Source: a bacterium (GTDB taxonomy: Bacteria; Zixibacteria; MSB-5A5; GN15; FEB-12). Taken from it: DNA of 64,000 nt. Below the pieces are notes generated by a model. It saw only the letters and a list, made by a program, of their open reading frames with translations. It searched no databases and had not been told where the DNA came from. A program made the position numbers and the translations under genes. Positions 38,452-49,381 of this stretch are shown here, piece by piece (the first letter of the stretch is position 1; every line of letters starts with the position of its first letter). The stretch covers positions 39,755 to 103,754 of the forward strand of contig JBDRNJ010000019.1 in NCBI GenBank assembly GCA_043811375.1, given 5' to 3'.

Positions 38452-41322
38452 TCACAGGCAATTAAGTTCCGGTATGGAGCCGAACAGGTAAGCCACCAGG
38501 CTCGTCAGGTCGCCGACATCAATGGCACCACTGCCGTCAACATCAGCCGCAGCCGGCACCGGTGGTGGCGGACCACCCTGGAACAGATAGGCCACCAGAA
38601 ATGTCAAATCTCCCACGTCTACGCTGCTGTTGCCGTCAATATCACCGCAGATGTAAGCTTCACCAACATGCAGATCATACAATTGCTCGGCAGTGGCGCC
38701 GACCGAATCTGCCACCTGCGCCACAAAACTGATAGTGCCGGTATCGGTGGGTATGCCCGACAATAAACCGTCGGTGGCAAGAGTCAATCCGGTCCCGGCC
38801 AGGTTACCATCGCGATCGGACCAACTACGCATGCCGGTGCCACCGTCGGCCTGCAACTGCTCGGAGTAGGCCACGCCCTGGTCGGCATCGGGAAGGTCGG
38901 TCGTTGTTATCTGTAGTTGCGGATTGACCTGGAAAGTAAGCTCGGTTTCGTCGTTGCGGGCAATTTCATCGGTTGCCACTGCCGTGAAACTGACCGTCCC
39001 GGCTACCGTCGTACCGGCCACCAGGCCTGTTGCCGACAGTGTCAACCCGGTTCCGACAAGGTCATTGTATTTGTCGGTCCAGGTAATCTGACCGTAGCCA
39101 CCTATATGCTCCAGTTGTTGAGCGTACACCAGACCGGCCGTCCAGTCCGGCAACGCCTCGGTCGTGATCTCCACATCGGGACCGCATGAAAAGAGAGTGA
39201 TTTTCACGGCATCGATAGCCGCTTCGACAGTTGATTCTCCACCCAGATCGGAAGCACCAAAGCATAGTCTGACCTGAGTTGATGGGGCTATAACGTCATT
39301 CAGCCAGAATCGATGCAAAAACCAACCTCCGGAAGCCTGATAGACGGGACCGACGGTCTCCATCAGCAACCAACTCATTCCGTTATTATTAGAGACATAC
39401 ACCCTAAAAATATCGTTAAAGGGATTGCCACCGGTACTGTTACAGTACCAGCGGGCATATTCGATTAGTGCCTGACCGGATGACAGATCCCACGGCGGTG
39501 ATCTCAGAATCGTGGTGCCTTCATCGACATCGATAGCGGCCCAGGCATCTTCCTCCGGTCCGGTGGAATAACACATGCCCGAGCCATCAAAATCAACTGC
39601 TGCTTGTCCCGAGTAGCCGTAGCCGCCGGCATCCCGACGCCCCCACATACCGCGGGTAGCATCACCCATAACAGCCCAGCCCTGGTAGGTTTCAAAATTG
39701 TCTTCGAAAATCACCGCCATTTCAGTACCGGCCGCTGCAAAAATGGGTGCAGCTGAATCCGGTTTGTAGAATACCGAGCCGCCGATCTCTTTGGCGCTCA
39801 CATAGTACTCCAACCGACTCTCACAGGTAAATGCCGGAATATCAGCACTGAACAGATTGCCGGAAACATTGCTCATCGGAATTGACGTATAGGCACTGCC
39901 ATCGATAGCGTAGTGCAAGCGGCAACTGTCGGCCAGTAACACTGCCCCGGCGTACATATCTATTTCAACTTCGACTGTTTCTGGCGATCCCGGCAACAGC
40001 AGTTGCGGAGCACCGTACGGGTAGTCGATCAGCAACAGCGGATCAGGAGTATAGTCGGCGTCGGTGACATACACCATAGCCAGGCTCGCTCTGGATATAC
40101 GGGCCATGTAGTTGAAGTCACAATAGACGGTGCTGTCATGCGCCGTATGTATACCCCAGGGGTAGATATCCTCCCCCAAACTGACCGTAGGGAACCCATA
40201 TTGATCAAAAGCCTTACCGTCCCATACCGCCCCTGTATTTTGAAGTCCGGCAGTTATACCCAGGCTCAATGAATCGGCCAGGTCATTCCATAGCTGACCA
40301 AAAGGGTCACCGGCATCCTGGTAAATCCAGGCCAGATCAGTGTTCTCGTAATACGAGATGCAGTCGAGATTCAGCACCAAAACGATACTGTCGCCACGCT
40401 GCCGAGCCTGATGAGCATAGTGCCAGGCGCCCCACAAACCGGGTTCCTCGGCGTCAAACAGGACGAACACGAATGTCAACCGGGTGTCGATGTTCTTGAG
40501 GATTCGCGCCATTTCCAGAACGGCACCGGTTCCGGAGCCGTTGTCATCGGCGCCCGGTGAGTTGTAGGGGAAGGCGTCACGGTGCCCGCCGACCACAATC
40601 TGGTGCAGCGGATACATCGAGCCCACTTTGGTCGCGATCACATTGTTGCCGAGAGAATGTACCGGCGTCGGCTCCCAGAAGTTGATGACATTAAAAGTAT
40701 CGGTATAGACTGAATCGTATCCGAAATCGTTAAGTTTACCGATGAGCCAATCACGCGAAGCATAATTGGAGTCGGTTCCTACCAGCCGGCCGTTGAAAGC
40801 TTCCAGTCGTTCAACGTAGGACCGACAGGAATCCTCACTCAGCAAACCGACCAGCGAATCCAGATCAACCATGGATTTCGTTGTCCTGAGATCAATCTGC
40901 CGTGGTTCGCGGTAAGTGACCGGTAAATTGGTGACCATGATCGGTATCAGGCCGACCGGCCAGCCCTTGGTCTCTATCTCCGTCGGGTCAATCCGGTATA
41001 ATTGCAACAAGCCATTTTCGTAGAGTAACGGGTACTGGTCCCCGTATGACCTCTCGTGGTGAATGCACATGGCCACTTCCGGGCGGGTCACACCTGATGC
41101 TATCGGTCGCGATATCAATCCTGAGGCGTTTAATCTTGATGATCCCGCATTGTCAACGATGACCAGATAGCTACCATCGACTTTGAGCAGAACATCAACA
41201 CCCGCACGCGACAACATTTTCGCATCCGAATGGCTGCCGATGTCGACCTTGTACAGGTCACCTGCTACAGCAGTAGAGCTCAGCACCGTGACCAACAGTA
41301 ACAACAGTAATTTTGGTGTCAT
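38452..41322 (-). CDS. Second secreted M28 metallopeptidase, same architecture
   Basis: GGHRD, PGADDNGSG, FDAEEPGL, LNLDCIS, IHTAHD; two Ig-like repeats; dockerin. Confidence 0.88.
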   Translation of the reverse strand: MTPKLLLLLLVTVLSSTAVAGDLYKVDIGSHSDAKMLSRAGVDVLLKVDGSYLVIVDNAGSSRLNASGLISRPIASGVTRPEVAMCIHHERSYGDQYPLLYENGLLQLYRIDPTEIETKGWPVGLIPIMVTNLPVTYREPRQIDLRTTKSMVDLDSLVGLLSEDSCRSYVERLEAFNGRLVGTDSNYASRDWLIGKLNDFGYDSVYTDTFNVINFWEPTPVHSLGNNVIATKVGSMYPLHQIVVGGHRDAFPYNSPGADDNGSGTGAVLEMARILKNIDTRLTFVFVLFDAEEPGLWGAWHYAHQARQRGDSIVLVLNLDCISYYENTDLAWIYQDAGDPFGQLWNDLADSLSLGITAGLQNTGAVWDGKAFDQYGFPTVSLGEDIYPWGIHTAHDSTVYCDFNYMARISRASLAMVYVTDADYTPDPLLLIDYPYGAPQLLLPGSPETVEVEIDMYAGAVLLADSCRLHYAIDGSAYTSIPMSNVSGNLFSADIPAFTCESRLEYYVSAKEIGGSVFYKPDSAAPIFAAAGTEMAVIFEDNFETYQGWAVMGDATRGMWGRRDAGGYGYSGQAAVDFDGSGMCYSTGPEEDAWAAIDVDEGTTILRSPPWDLSSGQALIEYARWYCNSTGGNPFNDIFRVYVSNNNGMSWLLMETVGPVYQASGGWFLHRFWLNDVIAPSTQVRLCFGASDLGGESTVEAAIDAVKITLFSCGPDVEITTEALPDWTAGLVYAQQLEHIGGYGQITWTDKYNDLVGTGLTLSATGLVAGTTVAGTVSFTAVATDEIARNDETELTFQVNPQLQITTTDLPDADQGVAYSEQLQADGGTGMRSWSDRDGNLAGTGLTLATDGLLSGIPTDTGTISFVAQVADSVGATAEQLYDLHVGEAYICGDIDGNSSVDVGDLTFLVAYLFQGGPPPPVPAAADVDGSGAIDVGDLTSLVAYLFGSIPELNCL

Positions 41323-41380
41323 CTTTCTCTCCTCGCGACGCCTTGGCGTCGAATAAACATGCTACCGATCTTAATCGTCT

Positions 41381-44300
41381 TCAGATACAAACCGGTGCTG
41401 CCCCTCCCTGGAATAAGTATCCAACCAGCACGGTCACATCCGCCACGTTCAGATCACCGGAACTGTCTACGTCGGCTGCCGCAATCACCGGCGGCGGCGG
41501 ACCACCCTGGAACAGATAGGCCACCAGATATGTCAAATCTCCCACGTCTACGGCACCACTGTTGTCAACATCACCGCAAATCCAGGCTGGTTCTACTCTC
41601 AGATCAAACTGCTTTTCATCGGTACTGCCGGCAATGTCCTGAACCGACGCCGTGAAAACGATTGTCCCGGTGTCAATGGGCGTTCCCGAGAGCAGGCCGT
41701 CAGCAGTCAGAGTCAAACCGGTCCCGGCCAGGTCACCGTTCTTGTCGCTCCAGGATTTGGTACCAGTACCCGCCGCCGACTGAAGTTGTTCGGAATACGG
41801 CTCACCTTCGGTAGCAGTCGGCAATGAATCGGTGACAATCGTGACAGCGTCATTAATCGTAAACGATAGCGGCTGGTCCTCACCGGCTCCGGCTTCATCG
41901 CTGACGTGCGCCGTGAAACTTATCATACCCACAGAGTTGGGAGTGCCTGATAACAGGCCGGTCGACGAGAGTGCCAGACCGGTACCGATCAAATCAGTAT
42001 TTTTGTCGGACCAGGTTTTGAGGCCGGTACCGCCGGTTGCCTGCAATTGTTGATCGTATGCCTGACCGACAGTCCAGTCGGGAATAGAATCAGTAGTTAT
42101 ATCCAGCGCCGGATTGATGGTAAAACTGAGTTCCTTTTCGTCGGTCTGCAGAGCATCGTCCACTACCTTGGCCGTGAACGTAATCAGACCCAGTGAGTTC
42201 GGTGTTCCCGACAGCAGACCCGAAGACGAGAGACCGAGGCCGGTTCCGACCAGATCACCATACTTGTCGCTAAAGGTCAACCCTCCGGTGCCGCCAGAAG
42301 CCTCAAGTTGCTGGGAATAGGCGACATCGACTGTCCAGTCGGGTAGAGAAACAGTGGTGATCTGGGGCACGGAGGAACTGCACGTGAAGATGGTTACTGA
42401 GACGGCGTCAACAGCAGCCTCGACAACCGAACCATCGCTCAAGTCGGAAGCATCAAAGCGCAGTCTCATCTGGCTGGTGGGTATAACAAAACCACCGACC
42501 CAGAAAGTATGCTCAAACCAGCCACCGGAGGCCTGCTCGGTGGGACCGACTGTTTCCACCAGTGTCCAGGAGCCGCCGTTGTTGTTGGATATATAGACCT
42601 CAAAGACGTCGTTGTAAGGATCGGCCCCAAAGTTGTTGGAATACCAGCGGGCATAATTCACCTGGGCGTCTCCGGACGACAGATCGAAAGTGGGTGAGGT
42701 CAGGATAGTGGTCCCGCCATCTACGTCTGAGTTGTCGTCAACATTGTCGGTAAGATAGCAACGGCCGGAACCGTCATAATCAGTGGGAGGATCACCCCGA
42801 TCTCCGCCACCGACCGGCACTCCCCGGTTCCATTGACCGTCGGAAGCATCTCCGGAGACCGTCCAGCCCTTATCGGTTTCAAAATCATCGGCAAAGACAG
42901 ACGTCACACCGGTGGCCACCACTGCCGAAAAAGGATTAGTAGTGTCCGGGTCATAATAGACGCCGCTGCCCACTTCGGAAGCGCTGACAAAGAAATCGTA
43001 TCTGCTGAGGCATCCGGCCGGAGGCAGGACTGCCTGGTAATGGTCAGGAGATGTCTCGGTCATAGATTCCGTCACCCAGGAGCCGCCGTCCAGCGAGTAA
43101 TGCAGTTCGCCGCTGCCCGACAGGGGTGTTCCGCCCAGGGCACCGCTGACCACCACTTCAAACATCGTTGATTCTGCGGGGACCAGCATAGTCGGCACCC
43201 CACCGGGATATGAAAATGTAACTGATGGACCGGGCGTTGTCACCCCTACCGCGTTCCAGGCCAGAGCCACCTGGGTCGCCCAGGCACCGGTGGTATCAAG
43301 ATCATTGGCCGCCGAGATTGTACCCAGGGCCGCCTGGTGATAATCGGTGCTGGAAGTCCAGTAGTACATATTGGACCGGTAGGCTACCAGAATAGCATTG
43401 TCGTATCCGATCCCGGTCACCGTCACGCCGTGGTGACTGCCGCCGTCGGACAGCAGAAAATACCACTTGTTACCCACCCCGCTGTTGGTGTGGACGCCGC
43501 AGTAGTCGTTGAGCCAGGAGGGACTGCAACCGACCACGTCAATCCAGTAAGGGTCTGAGGTACCGTAGAAGTCGGGATCACCAAACTGGTGCGGGTCCGA
43601 CATGTCGCGAAACCCGTCGCCGCTGATTTGACCGTTTTCTCCCATCAGCCAGTCGGGAGTGTCCATGCTGTCGTGGGCGAACTCAAAGGCCGCCCCCATC
43701 ATATCCGAAAACGATTCGTTAAGAGCACCCGGTTCCTTCTCGTAGACCAGGTTGGAGCCGTAGTCGGTGACGGCGTGGCCCCACTCATGGGCTATCACGT
43801 CCGGACAACCGGCCAGCGACCGCCAACCGGAAGACCAGCTCCAGACAACGATCCGGCTGCCGTTCCAGTAGGCGTTGTTATCCCCCTCGGCGCTGTAATT
43901 GACCGAGGTGTTCATCGAAGCGCCGCTGCCGTTGTAGCTGTTGCGGCCGAAAAAGTGCAGAAGCCAGTCATACATCAGGGCCGTATAGACGTGACCGTCG
44001 ACCGCCGGTGACTGAACATTGGGGTCATTCCAGACGTTATCGACGTCGGTGGCCACGCTGCCGGGCAGAGAGGAGCCGGCGATATTCGTCTGCAAGTAGC
44101 TCCCGTCGGGCATCTGGCCGTCATGGCCGTGGGGGTCGTTGTTGAGCCGACGGGTGTAATCGATCATACGATAAGTGGAACTGTTGTAGTCGGTATCAAT
44201 ATGCTTGCGAGCGGTGCCCATAACACCGGTACCGGTGCCGATGTCGTTGGCATCCATTATCCGGTTGGCCTTGTAAACGACCTCACCGGTCGCAGCATCC

Positions 44301-44920
44301 ATCAGGTACTCCCAGCGACCCATCGGTGTGTCCGAGTACAGAAAAAGCCGCCAGCATAGGTAGTATTGCTCATTCCAGGGGAAAACCACCAACTGAGGTT
44401 CATCAGGGCGGGCCGGGCCAAAGAAGCTCTGCAGGTCGGTCTCGGCCAGGGCTGTAGCGGTTTCGGCCGTAACGGCGGGAGTGGTCTCCAGGGCTATTTC
44501 CGGCAGGTACCTGCCACCAACCGTGTGCAGGACACCCTCGGCACTGAAGTGTGCGATTAGCTCACTGCCGATAACCGGCAATCCCCGGAAATGCTGCTGA
44601 AACCGGACATGGCGCATCCCCAGCTCATCGGAGTCAAGGCGGACCAAAAGCAATTCCTCGGCAGGATCAGCCATTCGGTAAGCGGCTTTGTTGTCGGCAA
44701 AGAACGACAGAGCGGCAGCAACCTCCTCACCGGCAGCAACCGGTTGGGATAGATTGCCCTCGACATATTCGGGTATGCCTCGTTCGTCAGCCTGATAAGT
44801 ACTGATAACGGGGCTCAGAATCAGGGTGTTGAAGCGACCGAAGCCGTCTTCGTCGACTTCGGCTGAAGCCGTGGTAAACACGGCAATGGCAATGAATAGC
44901 GACGGTAGCAAGCGTGTCAT
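41381..44920 (-). CDS. Secreted M4 (thermolysin-like) metallopeptidase with FTP/PepSY propeptide, three Ig-like repeats and dockerin
   Basis: AGGAG RBS before ATG 44920; DELGMRHVRFQQ (FTP), DAATGEV (PepSY), NNAYWNG, HEWGH, GALNESFSD, GVHTNSG. Confidence 0.93.
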   Translation of the reverse strand: MTRLLPSLFIAIAVFTTASAEVDEDGFGRFNTLILSPVISTYQADERGIPEYVEGNLSQPVAAGEEVAAALSFFADNKAAYRMADPAEELLLVRLDSDELGMRHVRFQQHFRGLPVIGSELIAHFSAEGVLHTVGGRYLPEIALETTPAVTAETATALAETDLQSFFGPARPDEPQLVVFPWNEQYYLCWRLFLYSDTPMGRWEYLMDAATGEVVYKANRIMDANDIGTGTGVMGTARKHIDTDYNSSTYRMIDYTRRLNNDPHGHDGQMPDGSYLQTNIAGSSLPGSVATDVDNVWNDPNVQSPAVDGHVYTALMYDWLLHFFGRNSYNGSGASMNTSVNYSAEGDNNAYWNGSRIVVWSWSSGWRSLAGCPDVIAHEWGHAVTDYGSNLVYEKEPGALNESFSDMMGAAFEFAHDSMDTPDWLMGENGQISGDGFRDMSDPHQFGDPDFYGTSDPYWIDVVGCSPSWLNDYCGVHTNSGVGNKWYFLLSDGGSHHGVTVTGIGYDNAILVAYRSNMYYWTSSTDYHQAALGTISAANDLDTTGAWATQVALAWNAVGVTTPGPSVTFSYPGGVPTMLVPAESTMFEVVVSGALGGTPLSGSGELHYSLDGGSWVTESMTETSPDHYQAVLPPAGCLSRYDFFVSASEVGSGVYYDPDTTNPFSAVVATGVTSVFADDFETDKGWTVSGDASDGQWNRGVPVGGGDRGDPPTDYDGSGRCYLTDNVDDNSDVDGGTTILTSPTFDLSSGDAQVNYARWYSNNFGADPYNDVFEVYISNNNGGSWTLVETVGPTEQASGGWFEHTFWVGGFVIPTSQMRLRFDASDLSDGSVVEAAVDAVSVTIFTCSSSVPQITTVSLPDWTVDVAYSQQLEASGGTGGLTFSDKYGDLVGTGLGLSSSGLLSGTPNSLGLITFTAKVVDDALQTDEKELSFTINPALDITTDSIPDWTVGQAYDQQLQATGGTGLKTWSDKNTDLIGTGLALSSTGLLSGTPNSVGMISFTAHVSDEAGAGEDQPLSFTINDAVTIVTDSLPTATEGEPYSEQLQSAAGTGTKSWSDKNGDLAGTGLTLTADGLLSGTPIDTGTIVFTASVQDIAGSTDEKQFDLRVEPAWICGDVDNSGAVDVGDLTYLVAYLFQGGPPPPVIAAADVDSSGDLNVADVTVLVGYLFQGGAAPVCI

Positions 44921-45155
44921 TTTTGCTCCTGGAATGTATGTCTTCAGCCAAAAAATCCGGCTGAAAATGTATGTAAGATGCGACTCGAGGAGAGTACGCT
45001 GTAACGCTATATATGATAACAAATTATTTGAATTTGTCAACTGGTTTGGCGACTGCCGTCGGGCGCAGAAAATGTGGGTTTCCGGCGCGACATGCTGAGG
45101 TGAGAAACCACCAGCCGGCAGACCTATAAACCAGCCGATGGCTGCGCTTCGGGCC

Positions 45156-45193
45156 AAAAAGAAACCGGGGACCGGCTGATGCCGGTCCCCGGT
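45156..45193 (-). terminator. Strong rho-independent terminator
   Basis: Perfect 13-bp stem ACCGGGGACCGGC-TGAT-GCCGGTCCCCGGT, U-rich tail on the minus strand. Confidence 0.9.
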
Positions 45194-45220
45194 ATAGGGG
45201 TCTAAAACGTCAACTGCAGG

Positions 45221-48200
45221 TTATGGCTCGTCAATCGTGAAGACACCGTTACTCTCATCGGAGATATAGCCGCTGACTTCATAGATCTTAATCTTGCAGT
45301 TGGCATATGGCGGACTGTCAAAGGTCGAACCCAAAACATTCCAGGAATAGGACTGGTCGGCCGGATTGATGTTGCCCGCTCCCGGAATTGTAGACCAGGT
45401 GGAGCCACCATTGGTCGAATAATCAATCGCAACCGTACTGACCGTTCCGATCCGCTCCCAGGTGATGGTGTAGACACTGCCGGTATCGGCTGTCTCACCG
45501 CCGTTGGGAGCCGTCACCTTGATGCCGGAGATAGTGAAGTTACAATCACTGACATCGGCGCCAGTGTCCACGCCTTTCTTCTTGACGCGGACCTTGACCT
45601 TGGTCGACGGGGCGTTGGCCACGGTCCAGGCATAGCTGCCGTCGTTGGTATCCGAGGCAATGTCCACCCAGCCGGTACCACCGGTATCATACTGCATGTC
45701 AATGGAGTCGATCAGAGTACCAACGTTACCCCACATGATAGTGAAGCCGGCACCCTGGGCGACGTTCTCGCCGCAGTTGGGTTTGATCAACGTCAGACCG
45801 CAGACCGTGAAGTTGGCATTGCTGGCATCCGAGACGTTATGATCGACACCGTCGATACGGACCTGAACGGTGGTCGATGGCGGAGCATCAACACTCCAGG
45901 CATACTTACCGTCATTGTCCTCGCCGGCAGCGATCAGGTTCTCGGTCGCCCAGCCGTCGGTCGAGTAGTAGAGATCGACATCGCCGACACCGGCCGTATT
46001 GAACGTATCCCAGCGGATGGTGTCGCTTCTGCCGACCAGCCACTCTTCACCGCCATTCGGCTCCATAATGGTCAGACCGGAGACGGAGAACGGACCGGTA
46101 GTTGCAACCGTGTTGGAGTCATTGCTGTCACGGAAGCGCAGCCAACCGTCATCGGGATGGGCCGGCATGTTCGATGACACCGGCCAGGTCCAGGCACCGT
46201 CGTTCTTGGTCGTGGCCAGCGTGGTCCAGGTAGCCTCGTCATCGTCGGAGTATTCGACAATGATATCCTGGGTGCTGTCACCAACATAGGTCCAGACAAC
46301 GGAATAGTTGGCGCCGCCTTCAATCTCGGTGCCGGACGTCGGCGCCGTGATAGTAATATAGTCATGGACGACAGTGAACTCGTAGTCCAGCGTGTCGTAC
46401 GGTTCGCCGTCATCGATGGCAGCTACCTTGACTACGCAATCCCAGTCATAACCAAGATCGGGAGCCCAGAAGTTGTACGCACCGGCGCTGCCTGCCAGCG
46501 AATCATATTCCTGCCAAGCGCCGCCACCCTCCCGATACCAGATCTTCACTATGTCAACACCGACCTGATTCCAGGTGATCGGGACAAAGGTGGAATCGGT
46601 GCCTTCCAGATCGTAGATGGTCGACAGAGTGTCATAGGTTGAATCAGGACCGGTCACTTCGATACCATTGTGAGTGAAGACATCGCTCCACCAGATGTTA
46701 CCGACGGTGTGATCCATGATTCCTACGCGGGCGGTCGGGGAGTACAGCGTGTCGTAAATATCGGCCAACACAGTATTGCCGGATGTTCCGGAACCGAAGT
46801 TCCCAACGCTGTCAACCATGGTTACGCCACCGTCGAAAGTCACCATGTAGTCAACCCAGTTGATCGGAGTCGCACCGCTTGCCTGCGCGATCGTCCAGGT
46901 AACGTTATGGCTGGGTGCCTCGAAATCGGTGGTAGTGCTGACCGGGTTGGTGATATTGATGTACGGCATCAGCCGGAAGGTGTAGGTGTAGGGGTTTCCG
47001 GAATTATCCGAGATAGTCACCCGGAGCGAATCTCCGGCGCCGCATTCACCAGCTTCCAGCGTAATGTAGCCGGTGGTATCCTTGCGGTAGGCGTTATTCC
47101 AGGTCCAGACGACATCGCCCGGAACCGGCGCCCAGCTCTCGTCACCACCCGCTTCAATAAACGTGAAGACCGGGTTGCTGCTGGTAGCAACGTACTCAGT
47201 CTGAGCACCCATCGTAATCAAAACCGTCTGCACGGAAGTGCCGGCCGTATTGTCGGCACTGTACGTCTGGTCGATGGTGAACACCGGCGCTACCACGTCG
47301 CCCAGCGTAATGCCGGTCGAGAAGGGACCCATGCCGGCGTTGTTATAGGCGCGAATCGCAAAGGTCACTTGCGTACCGCCCGTGAACGGGGTCTGGATAC
47401 CATCGTTGACGTAGTAGTCAAACTGCGACGGCAGATCCACCGTACCGCTCTGGTACTGCAAATGGTCCTGAGAGGCAACGTCGACCACCTCAATGAAGTC
47501 GGAGTTACGGTAATTGTCTTTGGCGTAGATTTTGTAACCGTAACCGGCCGCCAGAGCCACCGTGTTCCAGGTGAATTTGACCTGGGTCACATCCCAGTCG
47601 ATCGGCCAGTTGCCGCCCATAGCGCTGCTGTTAACCGCAAAGGCGGGGACAACACCCGGCGGCACGTCGAATTGCTCAGTGTAGAACGTGAAGTTGCCCA
47701 TTACGTAGTCACCCTGAACATTTGACAGTACCTTGTATTTCAGGCGGTATATGTGATTCCGCTCCAGCGAATCGCTGGGGGTGATGATCACACTGTTGCC
47801 GGCTACAGTAGGTGTGAAATCAACGGCAAAGGAGTCGAGTCCAGGATTATAAATAGTATCAGTTACGTCATACAGCGTCAGCCAGCCATAGACCGTGCCG
47901 ATTACCGGCACCATGTCGAAATTGAGACGGATCACCGAATCAATGGCGACACTGTCAAACAGACCGGGCGCCCGCTCGAGATTGGTGCTGATCAGCCTGA
48001 TGCCGTCCATAATTGTGAAATCATACGCAGGATTAGTCAGGTCACAGCCATCCTGCGACTGGCCCCACATATCCAGCTCGTAGTCGGTATCGGTCATCAG
48101 TGTCATAATCGGCGTGAGGGTCAGCACCTGGTTGTTGCTGGTCCAGGTCTGGGTCACTGTCCAGGGTGTGTCAGCCGGTGTAGTGATATCGGGCACCAGC

Positions 48201-49099
48201 TCCAGGTAAAACGTGGCGGCATCCATCTCCTTGGAGAAAGTCACCGTCAGCAGCGAGTTGTAGTCGAAAGGCACGTGCTCTTCAAAATTCTTGCTGAGGA
48301 TGTGGGGCGGATCGTCGCAGTTCAGCGACGCATAGATATTGGGCTGTGTCGCCGTACCGTTGTGAACCAGCTTTACACTCCTTGTTTCGGACTGATAGGA
48401 ACTGTCACCCATGGTAAACGGCTGCGTGGTCACCGTCACACACTCGTAGCTGGGGTGGGACCAAGGCACGTTGGTGAAGCTGTAGACACCGGTAACATCG
48501 GTCGTGTCGATGTAGACAGCCGGATCAATGTCCCAGCAATACTCAAGTTCAACCACGACACCGCCAACCGGAGAGACCGGGTCGGGCGGGTCCTCGGTCG
48601 CTATCGGCTCGTCGGTGTCCTTGGGAGGAGCCGGCAACGCCGTGTAAACCCGACCGATCAGGTTGGCGTTCAGCGGATAAAGAAACATGTTATGCTCTTC
48701 ACTCCAGTCGATATTGCCGGAGGGGATGTCGGGATTCAAACCTCGCAGATACTCCAGAGTTGGGATGGACGCAGTCGCCCGGCCGATGGCATGGCCATTG
48801 ACATTGAACCGCAGTACGTATTCACCGGGACTGAGTTCACCGGTAGTAACATAGATGCCGGTGGAGTCAGTATAGACAGTGTGAGTCTGGCCACCACTGA
48901 CCCACCGCACTAACACGGAGTCCATACCGGAATTGGTGAAGGCATCCTTCACCGACCCATGAATGCTGCCGATCACACGATCCGGAGACTGCGGATCGGC
49001 CGCGTTGGTGATGGTGTCTCCTTCACAACCGATGAAGTAGACTCCCAGAATGCCGCTCAGAAGTACGGCGAGCAGCAACAGATACTTTGAGTTTCGCAT
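45221..49099 (-). CDS. Large acidic Thr/Asp-rich lipoprotein with serial Ig-like/Fn3-like domains (candidate surface-layer protein)
   Basis: GAGGAG RBS, FIGC lipobox-like, VTFSKEMD (SbsA Ig-like), C-terminal repeats P-N-G/C-G-E...I-x-W...YSTxGG. Confidence 0.75.
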   Translation of the reverse strand: MRNSKYLLLLAVLLSGILGVYFIGCEGDTITNAADPQSPDRVIGSIHGSVKDAFTNSGMDSVLVRWVSGGQTHTVYTDSTGIYVTTGELSPGEYVLRFNVNGHAIGRATASIPTLEYLRGLNPDIPSGNIDWSEEHNMFLYPLNANLIGRVYTALPAPPKDTDEPIATEDPPDPVSPVGGVVVELEYCWDIDPAVYIDTTDVTGVYSFTNVPWSHPSYECVTVTTQPFTMGDSSYQSETRSVKLVHNGTATQPNIYASLNCDDPPHILSKNFEEHVPFDYNSLLTVTFSKEMDAATFYLELVPDITTPADTPWTVTQTWTSNNQVLTLTPIMTLMTDTDYELDMWGQSQDGCDLTNPAYDFTIMDGIRLISTNLERAPGLFDSVAIDSVIRLNFDMVPVIGTVYGWLTLYDVTDTIYNPGLDSFAVDFTPTVAGNSVIITPSDSLERNHIYRLKYKVLSNVQGDYVMGNFTFYTEQFDVPPGVVPAFAVNSSAMGGNWPIDWDVTQVKFTWNTVALAAGYGYKIYAKDNYRNSDFIEVVDVASQDHLQYQSGTVDLPSQFDYYVNDGIQTPFTGGTQVTFAIRAYNNAGMGPFSTGITLGDVVAPVFTIDQTYSADNTAGTSVQTVLITMGAQTEYVATSSNPVFTFIEAGGDESWAPVPGDVVWTWNNAYRKDTTGYITLEAGECGAGDSLRVTISDNSGNPYTYTFRLMPYINITNPVSTTTDFEAPSHNVTWTIAQASGATPINWVDYMVTFDGGVTMVDSVGNFGSGTSGNTVLADIYDTLYSPTARVGIMDHTVGNIWWSDVFTHNGIEVTGPDSTYDTLSTIYDLEGTDSTFVPITWNQVGVDIVKIWYREGGGAWQEYDSLAGSAGAYNFWAPDLGYDWDCVVKVAAIDDGEPYDTLDYEFTVVHDYITITAPTSGTEIEGGANYSVVWTYVGDSTQDIIVEYSDDDEATWTTLATTKNDGAWTWPVSSNMPAHPDDGWLRFRDSNDSNTVATTGPFSVSGLTIMEPNGGEEWLVGRSDTIRWDTFNTAGVGDVDLYYSTDGWATENLIAAGEDNDGKYAWSVDAPPSTTVQVRIDGVDHNVSDASNANFTVCGLTLIKPNCGENVAQGAGFTIMWGNVGTLIDSIDMQYDTGGTGWVDIASDTNDGSYAWTVANAPSTKVKVRVKKKGVDTGADVSDCNFTISGIKVTAPNGGETADTGSVYTITWERIGTVSTVAIDYSTNGGSTWSTIPGAGNINPADQSYSWNVLGSTFDSPPYANCKIKIYEVSGYISDESNGVFTIDEP

Positions 49100-49381
49100 T
49101 GTGCTTAAACTCCTCTTATAAAAACGTTAATTACATTAAGTTCAACTCGACATTCACCCGGAAGCATAGCCTGAAATGGCCTGGTATCCGTGGTGAAACC
49201 TGATTTCGCGGGGGCGCAAACAGCGCTACGGACTTGATCCTCCCATGATTTTGCTGTAACCTCCTTCACGATAGTTGACAATCCGTTTCTTTAATTTCGT
49301 CTTCCCTGATATCGGCAACTGCACCTAAATCCTTATGGTGTAGTCCTTTCTAAATGCGATACATCCTTAAAATTGGCCTGT

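Noticed and set aside
44921..45157. 79-aa N-terminal extension of the M4 peptidase in the ORF track
   Set aside because: ATG 44920 has an AGGAG RBS and begins a signal peptide; the extension spans AT-rich promoter-like DNA.
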